Positions 11,041-24,920 of a DNA stretch of 64,000 bases are shown piece by piece. The stretch lies in contig NW_026867509.1 of assembly GCF_020745735.1 (NCBI RefSeq), forward strand, positions 1,178,001 through 1,242,000. Reading direction: 5' to 3'. A program made the position numbers and the translations under genes. The notes beneath the pieces were generated by a model. The model saw only the letters and a list, made by a program, of their open reading frames with translations. It made no database searches and had not been told where the DNA came from. This DNA is from Hemiscyllium ocellatum (Eukaryota). Within the stretch, counting starts at the first letter, position 1. The number at the start of each line of letters is the position of its first letter.

Positions 11041-12696
11041 CAACTCTCTCATTCTATGAAGTATGAATTATAATACATGGTGTTGCAAGAATGTCATTGT
11101 TACGTTGTTTGCATCTCAATTACCTTATAATTAGCAAGACACAACCTGCTTCACTTAGTGTTGTGTTGAATTATAGCTTATCATAATTTACTACGGCTAA
11201 TTTCTTGCACTGTCTTTATGATAATGCTGAAGTACTAATTTGTACGGTTCATATTTACTCGTAATTATTTTGTAAAATCAAAGAAAAATTCATTCATTAC
11301 AGGAATGTCCGTTTTGGTAACTGCAGTATAGTAAGTTTCCAGTGAATTGTACGCATTATTCATATGATCATAGCAAATGATTGCAGAAAAGTTTGAAAGA
11401 TTCAAATGAATATATATGGCATTTATTCTGTATTGCATTTTCTCTTTTTTTTGGCTCATCGGTTTTGTTACAATTGGGTAATTGTATTTCTTATACATTA
11501 GTGACTAGTGTTCAGAAGAGCCAGAAATCATATAATTGAAATGCATAAAATCCCAAATTTTTTCGACAAGTTGGACTCATTAACAACAGTTACTCGTGGG
11601 TCCGAACCCAGAACGAACGGTTACTTTTTTTTTCCAAATTCGAAATTCTCTTGTAGGATACACGAGAGGAGTTTACTTTTCTCTCAGATGGTTATGCGAA
11701 TTCGGAAATCTGCCACGTAAGTACGTGAATGCGGGTTATTGAGTATTATTTTAAGGCTGAGACAAAACGATTCTTGCCAGACAAGGGAATTGAGGGCTAT
11801 TGCAGATCGACAGACATGAGGAATCTGAAACACAAACAGATCAGCTTTATTCTTCTAAAATCATGGATTAGGATTCAACGATCGAATCGTTCACTTCTGT
11901 ATTTAATTCATAACTCCGGATGTCTCCAAGAAAGTCGCGGTGTAATGCTTATTTCTACATTCCATCCGTGAAAGTAAAGTTCGACCTCCTTCTTCGATCA
12001 CTGAATTCAAATTGTGGAGATGCTTTCCAGCAGCATTGCCAAGATATCTGATAACAAACGAGATCAAATATCAGGGCATTTTTTACACAAATTTTGGTCA
12101 ACCAACTAGAATTATCAGAACATCTTTAAGAAAGTAGACAATTCTGACCGCTTGAAGAATGAATTTCCAGAGATCAAAATCTTGATACCTAAGGGCACAG
12201 GTGGAACATTTAATTTCAGTTTTAGTCAAAATTCTATAATTGTAGATTGGCCAAACTTCGTGGTCACTGAAAAATGAACAAGGTCAGGAAAGTCACGACT
12301 ATCGAGATACGTGGAAATTCGATAGAAGCGGTTATTGAGACTGAGATGATCACATCACAAGTAAATGCAATTCACTTAACAAACTGTTTGTTGCTGAATG
12401 GACCTTGATGAAAATGGGATGGACCACAATTTGTCTATGTTTGTGTTACACACAATAGTTGGAATAGCGGAATTCACTCAGTGGCAACGAGCAGAGTTTT
12501 TTTTGGCATTGACTGATTGAAGTGACTCATTCACAACTGTTTAATCCACAATTGAATGCTGGCAATAGATGTTAGGCTTGGAATGATCAGAATTGGAACG
12601 TTTGAAAGTAAAATATTAGGAGGGTTTCAATCAGATTTCGCTGAGGTAATATCTGCTGTTTGATGTCAGCTCAGTAATGTCCCTTTTTTGTCCAAG

Positions 12697-13578
12697 CGAA
12701 TTTGTTAATGATTGGAAGTCATCTGTGGTACGATGTTAATGCATCAACTGCTATCTGATGGCGATGCAGTCATTGATTTCCATGTCAACATCACTGTCGT
12801 CATTATCAACAGGATTAAAAGCACTTACATTCCTGCAAGTTTCCGTTTCACCATTCCCTCGTATATGGTCAATAATGTTCTTGTAATTGTAATTCAGGAT
12901 TGTTGTATGTGGCTGATGGTGGCCTTCACTGTTGAACGTTATGTGGATATTTGCTGCCAGAAACTGAAGACCGGATACTGCACGGTGAAAACTGCACTGC
13001 TCGCCAAATGAATAGTTTGTCAACTGAGCAGCATCAAGAAAGTCAATTTCTAACTCAGTTCCAGACTCTTACACATCCTGAATAGCATGCCTGATTCTCT
13101 GGTATCAGGTCTAGTTTTTACACGTCACGTGCCTGGCAGGGCGACCACAACTGGACCACATTTCTACACCATGTCTGTGATTCCTCCTCATTCTGCACTC
13201 TAATGCTGTGATCGTTAAACATATCATTGCAGTCAGCCAAACCCGAAGGAGATGTTTCTGAAATGATCACCACAAAGACCCGGAGCTGTCCAGCCACAAG
13301 TTATTAATTATTCTGTACTTCGCTATCTCTCTAAGCTTCCTCATTCAGGAGACCAGTTATGCTGGAAATGATCGGTACGTACATATTCCAGATGAACTCC
13401 ACATAAGTGGTCTGGATTTCAATGATCGCAGTAAATCCTGTCAGAGAAGATGAATATCTTCCCAGCACACAGCTCCTGCAATAGTGTCTAATTGGTAATC
13501 AAGAAAAGGTTCAGAGCAGAGTCGAGAAAACTGATATTCAGTTCTAATGTCACCGTCATTCTTTCCATGAAACTATGA
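12697..13578 (+). pseudogene. GPR139/142-like GPCR pseudogene, exon 2 (frameshifts and stops)
   Basis: Acceptor TTTTTTGTCCAAG, then ANLLMI..CINCYLMAM(fs)VIDF..IINRIKSTY..DCCMWLMVAFTVERYVDICCQKLKTGYCTVKTA..*; colinear with the intact receptors. Confidence 0.85.
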
Positions 13579-13906
13579 GAAATAAATAACATTTTCAAAT
13601 ACCGTCATCCAAACTTCATTGTTCTCTCCTTCTTTATGCTGTTTGTTCTCGATCCTGTTGGCTCAACTGAAATTCATTTTGTTCACGTGAATTATCATGT
13701 GGAAGTGTCAAATCTCACTTGAAAGATATAAAATCAATAATTCAGCCCCTTACCCAACTATACAATGCCGACAGCCAATGCAGCACGGATATGACGTTGT
13801 TGGAAATATAATCTCTTCAAACAAGACTGATGTCCATAATGACTTTCGGATCACTTCGAGGGAATGTCATAAATGAGCATAATAAGGAGGTTTGCAAGAT
13901 GTGGAC

Positions 13907-14345
13907 AATTATGCGATGAAAATTGAGAACAAGGGGTTTGCTTTTGAAGGCCCTGTTAAACACAGTAGCCTGGAAACCACTGTTATGAAAGAAGAAAGCC
14001 ATGCCATTAATAGAGCACGCTCTGCCAATCGAATGGAAGTGCTGTTGGATGGAGAGTGTTTATTGCTGTCGAGCAGTCAGAAGCTGGAAGCTCTCAGTCC
14101 ATCCTGGTGGGGAAATGGATGTGTAGAGGGAAATAACGTGGTGAACAAAAGGCAGCTATGACTGGGAAATAGGACGTGACAAAATGGCCAAGGACATCAA
14201 ATGAATCATGGATGCAGGTAGCCAGGATCCAAACACGTGAGAGAGGATGGAGTCAAGGTAGTTCAGTGGGGCAGGAACAAGCTGGTTCAATGGGCCAACA
14301 GTGGCAGTCTTGTTTATGGAATTTGGTGCGGAGTTGATTCGATTA
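13907..14345 (-). mobile_element. Penelope-like element RT fragment
   Basis: Minus strand encodes ..NYLDSILSHV..PHQDGLRASSF.., matching the PLE RT region (YLDSILSP..IPHQDGL..). Confidence 0.75.
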
Positions 14346-14739
14346 CAGCATGAAACATGAAAACATTCCACAGTCAAAATAATATGTAAACTAATATGGC
14401 AAGCAAATTCACATCATATTTGAAAAATGGAAATGAGGGAAGACCCAGTTTTCCAATATCGATACAATCATGACTTAGCATATTCAATCAGTGGAACTTT
14501 CAAATTAATTGTAAATGGCAACGCGGAATGGCAGAGTTCAATTCAGTCGTTTGTCAAAAAGTTTCAAATTGAAAACATGGAAACTTCAGTTAATTAGGTT
14601 GTTCATTGAAATGTAGATAAAGTGCTTGTTGCTCACGAATCGTCCCTTTGGAGACTTGCTCAAAATAAATGAGGCAAGATTTGAACTTCGCAGAAACTGT
14701 AACTACAGATTCGGGAACTTCCTTAACTTCTGAAAGACG

Positions 14740-14809
14740 ATGCATGAGCCAGTCATTGCCCCTTTCTTTAACATTTGTTATCCCGTTCTCGCTGTGATTG
14801 GTGCCCTTG
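14740..14809 (+). CDS. GPR139/142-like GPCR copy A, exon 1
   Basis: ATG at 14740, MHEPVIAPFFNICYPVLAVIGAL, 70 nt, phase-1 donor G/GTAAGC. Same architecture at 54557 and 32814. Confidence 0.85.
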
Positions 14810-16329
14810 GTAAGCCTTCAATCACCGATAAGTTACCATTTATGTCTGTAAATCACCGAATGCGTTCTATCTTAGATTTTGTGGTGGGCTACATTATTGT
14901 GTAACTTTCAGCGCCAGCACCTGCCTATCGTATGCACAGGTGCATTATATGTTACAAAGTTTTATGCTAAATATGCAGAGAAATTGTAATTTTATTGTGC
15001 AATAATTCATGATATTAACTAATGTTTCATAAGCAAATTCTAGAAATTCCATTTGTTATGTAATTGAAATCCACGTTGTAATACATATTTTTGCATGAAT
15101 ATTAAAATGTAAATTTGTTAAAAGCCAAGTTAAATTCCAATGTGGTAACATACGAGGTGCTTTCCGTGTTTTGTAGAGAAATTACTATCTTAGATTCGTA
15201 AACCACGAATCAAAATGCATTATTAGAACGTAAATGTTGTAGTGGACGAGCTCAAATTAAATCTACATTCAATGATCACAGTAATTTTTATTGAAGGACG
15301 GACGTAATGATTACAAACTAATACGTTTCCAATTTGTAGTGTCATCAATATTATGTCAGAAATTGTTTCGGGATTTGTATGCAAGTTATGAGTGTTCATA
15401 AGAGATTTTAATTTGTTATGGAAACTGTTGTTGTCATTTGGAGATATTTGACCATATTTGCATTTCGTAGGGGAATGTGGCATTAAAAACAAAGAAAAAT
15501 CTAATGATGACCATATAATTAGTGTGGTGGGTACCAAATACCATCTTCACTCATGCACTTTGAAAGAACAAACGTTACTGTTTTACCGACTCTTGTCCAT
15601 ATGTGGCAGCAGACAGGCAGAAAGCTGGTTGATGATAAACTGATGTTTGAAATAACCAAGCAAGCCATGATGTGGAGAGCAATAAGGAATAAGGTACACA
15701 TGCTGGTGCAGCTGTGAACAATATGTTAGATTATAATGAACAAGCTAAAGAAAAAAAGAGAAAGATGAACAATGAGGGGCGACATTGAAGAAGGTTTCCA
15801 GAGATTACGACGTCTGCAGGTAAACATATAACCACTGATAGGTTGATTGATAGGTATGAAACGCGATATTGTCGAATTGCAGATAAATTGAGACTTTTGC
15901 GGTGTGAGGAGTGATCCTACCTCTGGCTATAACAGAAAATTCAAAGCTTGGGATTATTAAACTCCGGCATTGTCAGACAGGAAACAAATACATTGCCTTG
16001 AAAAGATGGATGATAGTATTAATAAAGATTTGGATAAGACAAAAATATTTTGTGTTTGATTAAACTGGCGAGCTTCGCAACGATTTGACTCAGTGGAAAG
16101 AGAACTAAATTTGCAATCGACCCGACTGGACTGAAGAACCTAAGTACCAATGTTTAATTCATGACTGAATGTTGAGTAAAACCAACAACTTTGCAATCGG
16201 AGGACTCATGATGTAATAAAAGGATGTACGAAGATGGTGAGCTGAGGTTTTCAGTCACGAAATAGATAGGGTAATTAACTGGTGATTGGGATTCATTCTG
16301 TCATATATCTATCTCTACTGTTCTTATAG

Positions 16330-17228
16330 CAAACTTGTTGGCGATTGTGGTCCTGTGTCAAAGAAAATGTGGGCTCTCTCTCTGCATCACATTTTACCTC
16401 GTGGCAATCACAATAGCGGACTTCCTTGTCGTTATGGCTGGCTGTGTGCTCAACCGTATTGGCGGTATCTACTTCAGAAACAGTATCCTGTCCACCACCC
16501 CTGCGTGTACCGTCAACAGTATAATGGTCTATGCTGTACGAGATGTCTCTGTCTGGCTGACAGTGGCTTTCACCATTGACCGTTTTGTGGCAATCAGCCG
16601 TCAGACGCTGAAGATCAAATACTGCACCAAGAAAACTGCAACTCTGGTAATAGGAACGATTTGTTCTCTGAGCTGTGTCAAGAATGTCCCTTTCTACTTA
16701 GTCTCTCAGCCGCTGTACATTGTGGGCGGGGTGCCCTGGTTCTGCGACATTAAACCAATCTATTATACTTTGCCCTTCTGGAAGGTCTACTACAAGCTGG
16801 ATCAGATTTTAACACCACTTCTCCCTTTCGTTCTCATTCTGCTTCTGAACACATTAACTGTAATACACATCTTAGAAGCTAGCAGAGCCCGCAAAAGACT
16901 TTGGGCTGAAGATGACCGTGCAGACCCTGAGATGGCCAATCGCAAAAGATCCATTGTCTTGCTCTTTGCCATCTCGATCAGTTTCCTCCTCCTTTGGTCC
17001 ACTTATGTGGGGCGTCACCTTTACATGCAATTAGTAGGTGAATTTTACTTCAACGGCATGGATTCCAGTAACCCTGATATTATTCTTCAAGAAACGACGA
17101 ACATGCTACAGATACTTAGTTCCTGCAACAATGTCTTCATTTATGTGGTTTCCCAGACCAAATTTAGAGAAGAGATGAAAAAGCTGCTCATGTGTCCTTT
17201 TACTACTATCACTAATTTTACATGGTGA
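16330..17228 (+). CDS. GPR139/142-like rhodopsin-class GPCR copy A, exon 2 (322 aa spliced)
   Basis: Acceptor TTCTTATAG; open frame ANLLAIVVL..ADFLV..VWLTVAFTIDRFVAI..WFC..LTPLLPF..TKFREE to TGA. TM1-7 pattern with DRF motif; in frame with exon 1. Confidence 0.92.
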
Positions 17229-19869
17229 AACCTTCCATGGATAACAAAATAGAGACATTTCCCGATTCCTTTTCTCTTTTATCAAAGAGGCCCAGTTCAT
17301 CATGGTATCTCTCAAACGAAAATAAGAAATGATCCTGGGCAGCCTCTTGTACTCATTAACTGTAAGGAGTATTCTTGAGCTCTGATGTTTACTATTCCAA
17401 CGATTCACAACTTCTGAAGTTGTAGAGGTTTTAGATGTGATAATAATCCACAGTTTGCGTCTCTGAATACAACTTGAGGACTCCAAGTGTTGTCAGGCAG
17501 TGCTTTATAACCTATCTACGTATGTATGTATGCATGTATCTATTTACCTATCACTTAATTTATCTACCTATTACATAAATATATATATGTGTTCATTCAT
17601 TTTTTTGGTTAACCGATCAATTAATGCATTAGCATTTATGCATTTTCCTTTATCCATTTATTTTTCAATGGTTTTGGAACTATGGCTACTATGTATTTGA
17701 AAATCTGGAACATTATTAAGAAGGAGACATCAAAAAGTTGGTTCAAGCGTTTCAATTTGCCTCATCAATGATTCATTCAGATGTATTGATGTCTGTTTAT
17801 GTGCTCTGCAATCAGCATTAGTTTGAAAAATCCAGGAACTGTTAGTTAATTAACAATATCAAATGTAGATCTTGTTTTTTCTGCCTTACCTTTGCATCTG
17901 TAACAATGATTCCTCGTTCTGATCAATCACACTATGTGAGTCATATGCTGTGATCTGCCTCCATTGCATGCTAAACCAAATTTTTGCATTAATTGAGTAG
18001 ATATGATAATAACAAATTAATTCAAATCAAGCATCAGCAGTCTCTTCCCAATTGCATCATAATCACTCAAATTCATTTCAATTCCTTCCCTGAATTAAAT
18101 GTTTTTTACATCTTTGTTATTTTGTTTCAAACTAATTTAGATTTGATGCTTTTCTTTTCTCTCGTGTGTGTGTGAGGTCAACAGAAGTGGCACTTCAAAT
18201 TCGTGTCTGCATCTGAAACTAACAGATTGCTATTTTGCTACTCTATCTATATGAAAATCCCGTGGTCAATTTGAATTGCTGAGTTTTAGAAACTGATGAA
18301 TCAACTCCAAATCTGTTGACATTGATTTGATTTTTTTTTCCGTGTAAGTCATAATTATGAATAGGAGCATTTGGCCCACAAAATTAACGTTTCAAGTGTG
18401 ATTTGACTCCCTTCAGAAGTGTTCTGAATGAAAGTACAACTGAACTCGAAACATTAATTTTGTTTCATTCTCTGCAGATGATGGCAGTTCTTCTACTTCT
18501 TTAGAGATGTTTCTGTGTTTATCTTTGATTTCTAGTATCGATTGCATTTTTCTTCCATTTAATACGTTTTATGTAACAGGTTACTCTTCGGAACGTTGGT
18601 GTGAACTTGTTGAGCCGAATGGGCTGTTTACACGCTGCAGGGTATCTAATAGAATCTAATTCCCCAATTTTCATGTCTTCTGATCTCAAGCTTCAAGAAA
18701 ACATTCGATACGTTTTAGCATTTATTTAGAAAATAAAAGTCTTTATGATTAATATGTGTGATATAAGATATAGCAGAAGAGGGTGTACAAGTCAACATGC
18801 TGAGTTATTGTAAAGATCACTCCTTTTTCCGGGGTTACGATTCAGAGCTTGCATCGCCTATTTCTGGATAAAATTCCCAGTTGGGAAATTGAGAGTTATT
18901 TCTTTTGTGTCAATTCGTCAAAAGAAATCGAAAAGCTGATTACAAATAAAATACAAAAAAGCTAATCTGCCAGACTCAGTTCAGTAAGACATTGGTACTG
19001 TCTGGATGGAAAATGGCTGTGGATAGATTGGAAAACTGCCACCCACAAACACCCCTGCATGTAATGTGCCATTCTGAGTTGGAACTACCTCTCCGTTCCG
19101 TCAGCGTTACTGGATCTAAATCATTCAACTCCCTTCCTACTCTTAACATGGCTATACCGACATCCAAGGTGGTCTAGAATTGAAGAAATCACCTCTGCAG
19201 TAATTAACGAAGGGCTATAAATCAGGTCCTAGAGGGTGACGTCCATTTACCAGGAATCAGTTAGTAAAAGTTGCAGTTTCTAATTAGAGACCTGCAGTTG
19301 ACTGGCAAGAAGTTCAGAACAGAAGAGCCTGTGTTGAAAAGTAAAAGACAGTGATGACTGGAAGGCACGGGGCAGGAAATGACCGTGGGGCTGATGCTGC
19401 AAGCCTCAGCGGAGTGTCCAATTTTACTGTCCACTACATACACTGACTCACATATTCATCCTGATCACATAACCACAATTAACCGCTCTTTATCCCGATA
19501 ATTTTGCAGTTGAAAATATAATTTCGAAACCAATGCAAGGGCTGATTATCACTTTCTGTGATTTTTCAGTTGGGAATATTCAGTTGCGAACAGTCCAATT
19601 TTACAGAAGCAAAAAGTGATTAAAGTGAAAAAAAAACACAGATGAGCGAAGAACTGTGCAGTTGAGGAAATGGCTTATCCAGTGTGCTCCATTATGCAAC
19701 CATGGCTGACAAGTTTCTCAACCACATTCTCCACTTTCTCCCTGAACCTTCCATCCTCTTCATAATTAAAAACCTAAAGTACTCTTCCTTAAATTACTCA
19801 ATAACCTGGCCTCCACAGAGTTTTCTAGCAACGAATTCCATATATTCACCAAACTCTGGCAGAAGATGT

Positions 19870-21700
19870 TTCTCCTCATCTCCGTCCTGAAGACTCTTGC
19901 CTTTACATAAAGACTCCACCCTCGGGTACACGTCTCTTCTGTTAATGGAATCGACTTCCCAACATCCTCTCTGTCCAGGCCGTTCAGTATTCTGTAAGTT
20001 TTAATTAGATCCCCACTCATCCTTATAAATTTCTCGAATAGAGACCCAGAGTTCCTCATATGTTCAAAGTGACATTCCTGGTTCATTCTCCAGGGCACAC
20101 TGCATGGCCAGTATTTCCTTCCTGAAATAGGGCACCCATAACTGCTCACAATATTCTAAATGTGGTCTGACTGGAGTCTTATAAAACCTTAGGCATATGA
20201 GCTGCTCTTATATTTGTATTCTCTAGAAATAAACGCCAACATTGCATTTTCCCTCCTTACGACAAACTCAACGTGCAAGTTTCCCGAAACAGAATCCTGG
20301 AATGGGTCTCCCAAGACCCTATGAATTTCAATTTTCGGAATTTCCACGCCATTTCGAAAATTGCCTTTGCCTCTATTCTTCCAGCCAAAGTGCGTGACCT
20401 CACACTTCTCTGCGTGCGTGCCATCTTCCAGTTCTTTGCCCATTTTTCTAACCTGCCTAAATCCTTACTGCATGCTCACACAACTCTCTTTGTATCATTT
20501 GCAAAATTAGCTAGATTGCCTTCAGTCCCTTCACCCAAATCATGAATGTTTAAAGTGTAAAGCTGTTGGCCCAACACTGACACTTGAGAACATCACTGGT
20601 CATTGGCTCCCATTCTTCTTTTATCCCCTGTCTCTGCTTTTCGCCAGACAGCCACTCTTCTATACATACTATTAACAAGCCTGTAACATTTATTTCTAGA
20701 GAATGCAAACATAAGAGCAGTGCGTATATCTAATGCTTTATAAGACTTCGGTCAGACCATATTTAGAATATGGTCTCGTATCTTATTCAATCGCCTCCTG
20801 TGTGGCACCTTTTCAGAGGACTCCTTGAATTCTAATACTAATTAGATACCATTAATTTTCTCTCGGGGTTAAACTTGTTCCTTACAATTTCAAAAGAATT
20901 TAACAGATTTCTCAGGCATGGTTGATGAAACCATTTTGATTTTGCCCGATTTTACCATGCACTTCTAAATATTCAGAAGTGCCATCCTTCATAATGGACT
21001 CTAAAATGTGGCCAAAGGTTTCAGGCTACTCAACCAGTAATTTCTAATCTCTTGCCTTACACCCTTCTTAAAGACAGAAGTTACATTTGGGATTTTGGGG
21101 TCCTCTGGAACCTTCTCTTTTTCTAGTGATTCCTGAAAGATCATTCCTAATGTCTCTATTCCCTTTTCAGCTCTCTCCATCCGAATTCCTTCCGTAGTCC
21201 ACCACGTCCAGGTAACTTATCCATCTTCAGATTTTCTCGCATCTTTGTCTTGGATATGGCTACCATATACACTTCTGCCTCTTGGCACTCTTGGATTATT
21301 GAGATTATCCTTCTATCTTCCACCGTGAAGACCAATGCAAAGTAATTCTTTAGGTTCTCCACCATTTCTTCTTTCCCATTACTCCTTCTCTGACTTCATT
21401 TTACAGCAGCACGTTAGCTACTCTTGCCTCACTTTTGTCCTTCATACATTTAAGAACATTCTTGATTTCTTCTATATTACTGGCTAACCTAACTCATATT
21501 TAATCTTCTCCCTCCTTTTTTCAATTTTCAGTGTCCTCTGATGGTCATTTTAGACGTCACAATCCTCTGGTTTACCGCTGAGTTTCGCTACCTTATATGA
21601 TTTCTCCTTTGATTGTCAGTCACGGTTGCTTCGTCCTCCCTTTCCCTTAGTTTTTCTCGAAATGAATTATTGAATTATTCCCAGAAAACCTGCCATTGCT
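19870..21700 (-). mobile_element. Fragmented CR1-like LINE ORF2
   Basis: Minus ORFs EKCEVTHFGWKN.., GDLIKTYRILNGLDREDVGK..RTEMRRNIFCQ and LKNYFALVFTVED are CR1 ORF2 segments. Confidence 0.85.
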
Positions 21701-21720
21701 GTTCCGCTGTCTTTCCTGTT

Positions 21721-21861
21721 TGTGTCCTAATTCCTGATGAAGGGCTCTGGACCGAAACATCAAATTTCCTGTTCCTTGGATGCTGCCTGACCTGCTGTGC
21801 TTTGACCAGCAACACATTTTCAGCTGTGATCTCCAGCATCTGCAGATCTCACTTTTTACTT
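21721..21861 (+). mobile_element. Short shark repeat (PLE-terminal type), present only in duplication copy 1
   Basis: CCTGATGAAGGGCTCTGGACCGAAACATCAAATTTCCTGTTCCTTGGATGCTGCCTGACCTGCTGTGC..; absent at the matching site near 61577. Confidence 0.75.
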
Positions 21862-23213
21862 GTCTTCTCTCCCAGTCAGTTATGGTCAGCTCCTCCCTCT
21901 GTCGATGCCTTTGTTCAACTAAAATACTGCTACATCTGATTCTGGTTTGTCCCTCTCAAATTGCAAAGTAAATTTTGTCATCTTATAGTCACTGCCTGTC
22001 TTAAGAACCTACTGCCCCGAAGTGTTAATTCTGAATTCTCTTCACAGATGCTGCCAGACCTACTGAGCTTATCCAGAAACTTGCGTTTTTGTTTCTAATT
22101 TATATTATCTGCAATCCTTTCAAATTTGAAAGAGAAAACACTCAGTGCCACAGAAGACTCATTGTTATGAGGCGCACTAGATTTCAATGAGAATTTGATC
22201 AAGAAGATGATCAGGAATGGGTTGTTACCTGTCAAACCTACAAAGATCGAGGTCCCTCTCACCAACTCCTTCACCGCCCTCCAAGCCTCCCACTGCTTCA
22301 ACAGTATCCCAACATAGGCTAACGAAGCAGAAATTCAGATTGGTATAGAGAAGCAGGGAGCAGTTAAACTGACAGAATCCCATGCTAGATAATATATTTA
22401 GTCGGTCATTGAGCCAGACTGTTCACATCGCCTCAGTATTGTTTATACCTCCTGAAACTAATATAACACTAAAGACTGTATTATGTTAGCGAACTATGCC
22501 ACTATATTTAATTGATTAACATTGCAACAGAATATATCCTCCGTTCTCGATATAGTTAGCAACTTCTGATTCGTACCTGTGGAAAAGGAACCCCACAATA
22601 AGCTGGCATTTGCTGTTTGAGGAAAGCAATTCAGGGACCTGGTAATGCCAGGAATTCCACAATAGTCTAGCCAGACTTGATCGATATATGGCTGATATTG
22701 TTAATCAAATGTACCTGACTGGCACTGTTTCTAAAAAATCTTTCAGGATGCAGATGACATCCTGACAGACACAGGTGGTGAAAAATTCAGTACAGTAACC
22801 AGTCAAGTCAGACAGGCAAGGCTTCAAATTACTTCATGAAAAGTACAATTGCGAAGACAAGAAGTAACAGACAAGTATTTGGGACATCAATTTAGTAAGG
22901 AGGCAAAAATAATTCCAGCAGAGTGCAATACAAAAATTACAGCATACGCACTCTGTGAACGATGTTAGGCAAAATTTAGGATTGTTTATTTATTTTAGGA
23001 ATTTTGTGGAGAATTAATCAGAATTGACAGATCACTCACAAGCCCTAGTAAGGGACGGGAATGTTGAACTGTCAAGGGAAAGAGCAGAATGTGACCTTAA
23101 ATGGAGATAACCTTTGCTAGGTGACAGCAAGCGTTTGACCTAGAGTTAGGATTGTCAGATTGCTGAAAGGCTTTTTCAGATTTGTTTTTGTGATAATGAG
23201 AATGGAAGCTAAA

Positions 23214-23320
23214 CAGCAGTATTTTCTGATGAAGAGCTCCGGCCCAAAACGTCGAATTTCCTGTTCCTTGGATGCTGACTAACCTGCTGTGCTTTAACCA
23301 GCAACACATTTTCAGCAGTA
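23214..23320 (+). mobile_element. Short shark repeat insertion with 8-bp TSD CAGCAGTA, copy 1 only
   Basis: CAGCAGTA at 23214-23221 and 23313-23320 flanks CTGATGAAGAGCTCCGGCCCAAAACGTCG..CAACACATTTT. Copy 2 (about 62919) has a single CAGCAGTA. Confidence 0.8.
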
Positions 23321-24274
23321 ATTCAAACGAGTGATGATAGTATGAGGTCGGTAGCATATTATTCACATAACAGAGGAGTGATGTAGACAGACTTTACCGG
23401 TGTGCGCAAGTCTGGATTGTGATACATGAGCAATTTTAGGGTACTAACCCAATACTCTGATGAGACAAGTGACGAAGCCTCATAATTATGTGATTCTATT
23501 AGAATCATGAAAAGTAAGGCCAATGGCCCTGCAGGTGAGCATATACAAATAGTCAATGATTTGTAAACTCAGTTCGGTCAATCCAGCGGCTTTCATGGTA
23601 GAGAATGAGATGGTAGGCCTGAGTTTGGGATAGGGCATGATAATATGTTGATCTGAGGTTGGAGAAGGTGCATCACCTTGTCTCATGGACAGCTCGATGA
23701 ACAGGTTGAAGAGTTGATAGAAGCAGCTAAATTGCTTAATAACATTGCTGGAATTAGGATTAGAGCTCATTGGAAAGTAGAAACACTGCAACAAGGGTAA
23801 GAAGTTTGCCAATAAGCCAGCTAAGATGTTTACAGAAACCGAACAGACATTTGTAAAACTGGCAGTCACAATTTTCTGAAAAGCAAGAGAGGTAAGTTAA
23901 AAAAAGACTCTTCAAGAAACAGCCATACAGAAAGAGAAAAATAAATGGGAACTAGCGTGGGGTAATTACACGGTAAGCCAGAGTGTGTGTGATGATGGAT
24001 AAGGTGGTTTCACCACACTTTATATGACCTACGTTATTAAAACATATCATTGCCTAGCCCACGTCGGGCTGTCTAAAATGCAATACTAGGTGACTCGTTG
24101 TAGTTGATGGCCTGAAAGAGAGGAAGGAAAACGTAACAATATTCCATCAGAGATCCGCAGTCCACACTGCCTGAGCCAGATGGAACAATCAAAATAAGAT
24201 TGACCTACTAGCCAAGATCCATGGACGTATTGGAACAATAACACATGGATATTACGCGACCCATATCCCAATCT

Positions 24275-24367
24275 CAGAGAAGACGCGCTTATGCGCGAAA
24301 CATCGAATCTCATGCTCCTTGGATCCTGCCTGACTTGCTTCGCTTTTCCAGCAACACATTTTCAGCT
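24275..24367 (+). mobile_element. Short shark repeat shared by both duplication copies (also about 63885-63970)
   Basis: GAAGACGCGCTTATGCGCGAAACATCGAATCTC..CCAGCAACACATTTTCAGC. Confidence 0.7.
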
Positions 24368-24559
24368 TAATAAATTGTCACCAAGGAAATAATCACTGAT
24401 CAAGCTCTGAACTCATGACCAGTCAAAATCTTTCAATTTGTGTTTTGTGACATGTGACAAGTGTATGTGACCTATTTCATCAATGAACAATCAGTCATCC
24501 TTGCAGAACCCCCTGATTAGAACAATGTGCTGTTTACTCAAATAAACTAGCTATACTCA

Positions 24560-24920
24560 GAAGTGTTCAAAGCAGTGCAAGTTAAATGGGCAGAATATTG
24601 CAAATTGCATCCCGGGGCAGAGCATTATTAATACTATGCAGAGTTTATATAAACCGATGTGACAAGAATTGATGAATCTCACCATCCAGCGAACTGTCAT
24701 GCATTTAGAAGTGTCGAAGTACTTGGCAATGGAAGTGCCATCAATGCTGCGTGTGATTATAGATAGGGAAATGTTTGGGAAAAGAGCCGAAGAAGTCATT
24801 CATAATAGTCTGAACATAAAAACGAGATGACAACTCATACAGTTGACAGCGAGTAATAACAATCGAACTGGATACGTCAGATTTGGGTTTGGGAAACTAA
24901 ATACCGAAATACACCCATGC
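24560..24920 (-). pseudogene. Possible very old GPR139-like GPCR fragment (TM2 to TM3)
   Basis: Minus frame ..LFPNISLSI..DTSKCMTVRWMVRFINSCH..LYKLC aligns loosely to YFPNSFLSI..DCSVWLTVAFTFDRFVAICC..KYC. Confidence 0.3.

Larger units (their letters stand above)
12875..24395 (+). repeat. Segmental duplication, copy 1
   Basis: Colinear same-strand similarity (roughly 90 percent by eye) to 51285-64000 over GPCR pseudogene, Penelope fragment, intact GPCR and CR1 fragments. Confidence 0.95.

Noticed and set aside
11688-11722. Small exon or J segment (..TTCGGAAAT..GTAAGT)
   Set aside because: FGN without the second Gly, no RSS, and it does not resemble the 70-nt GPCR exon 1.
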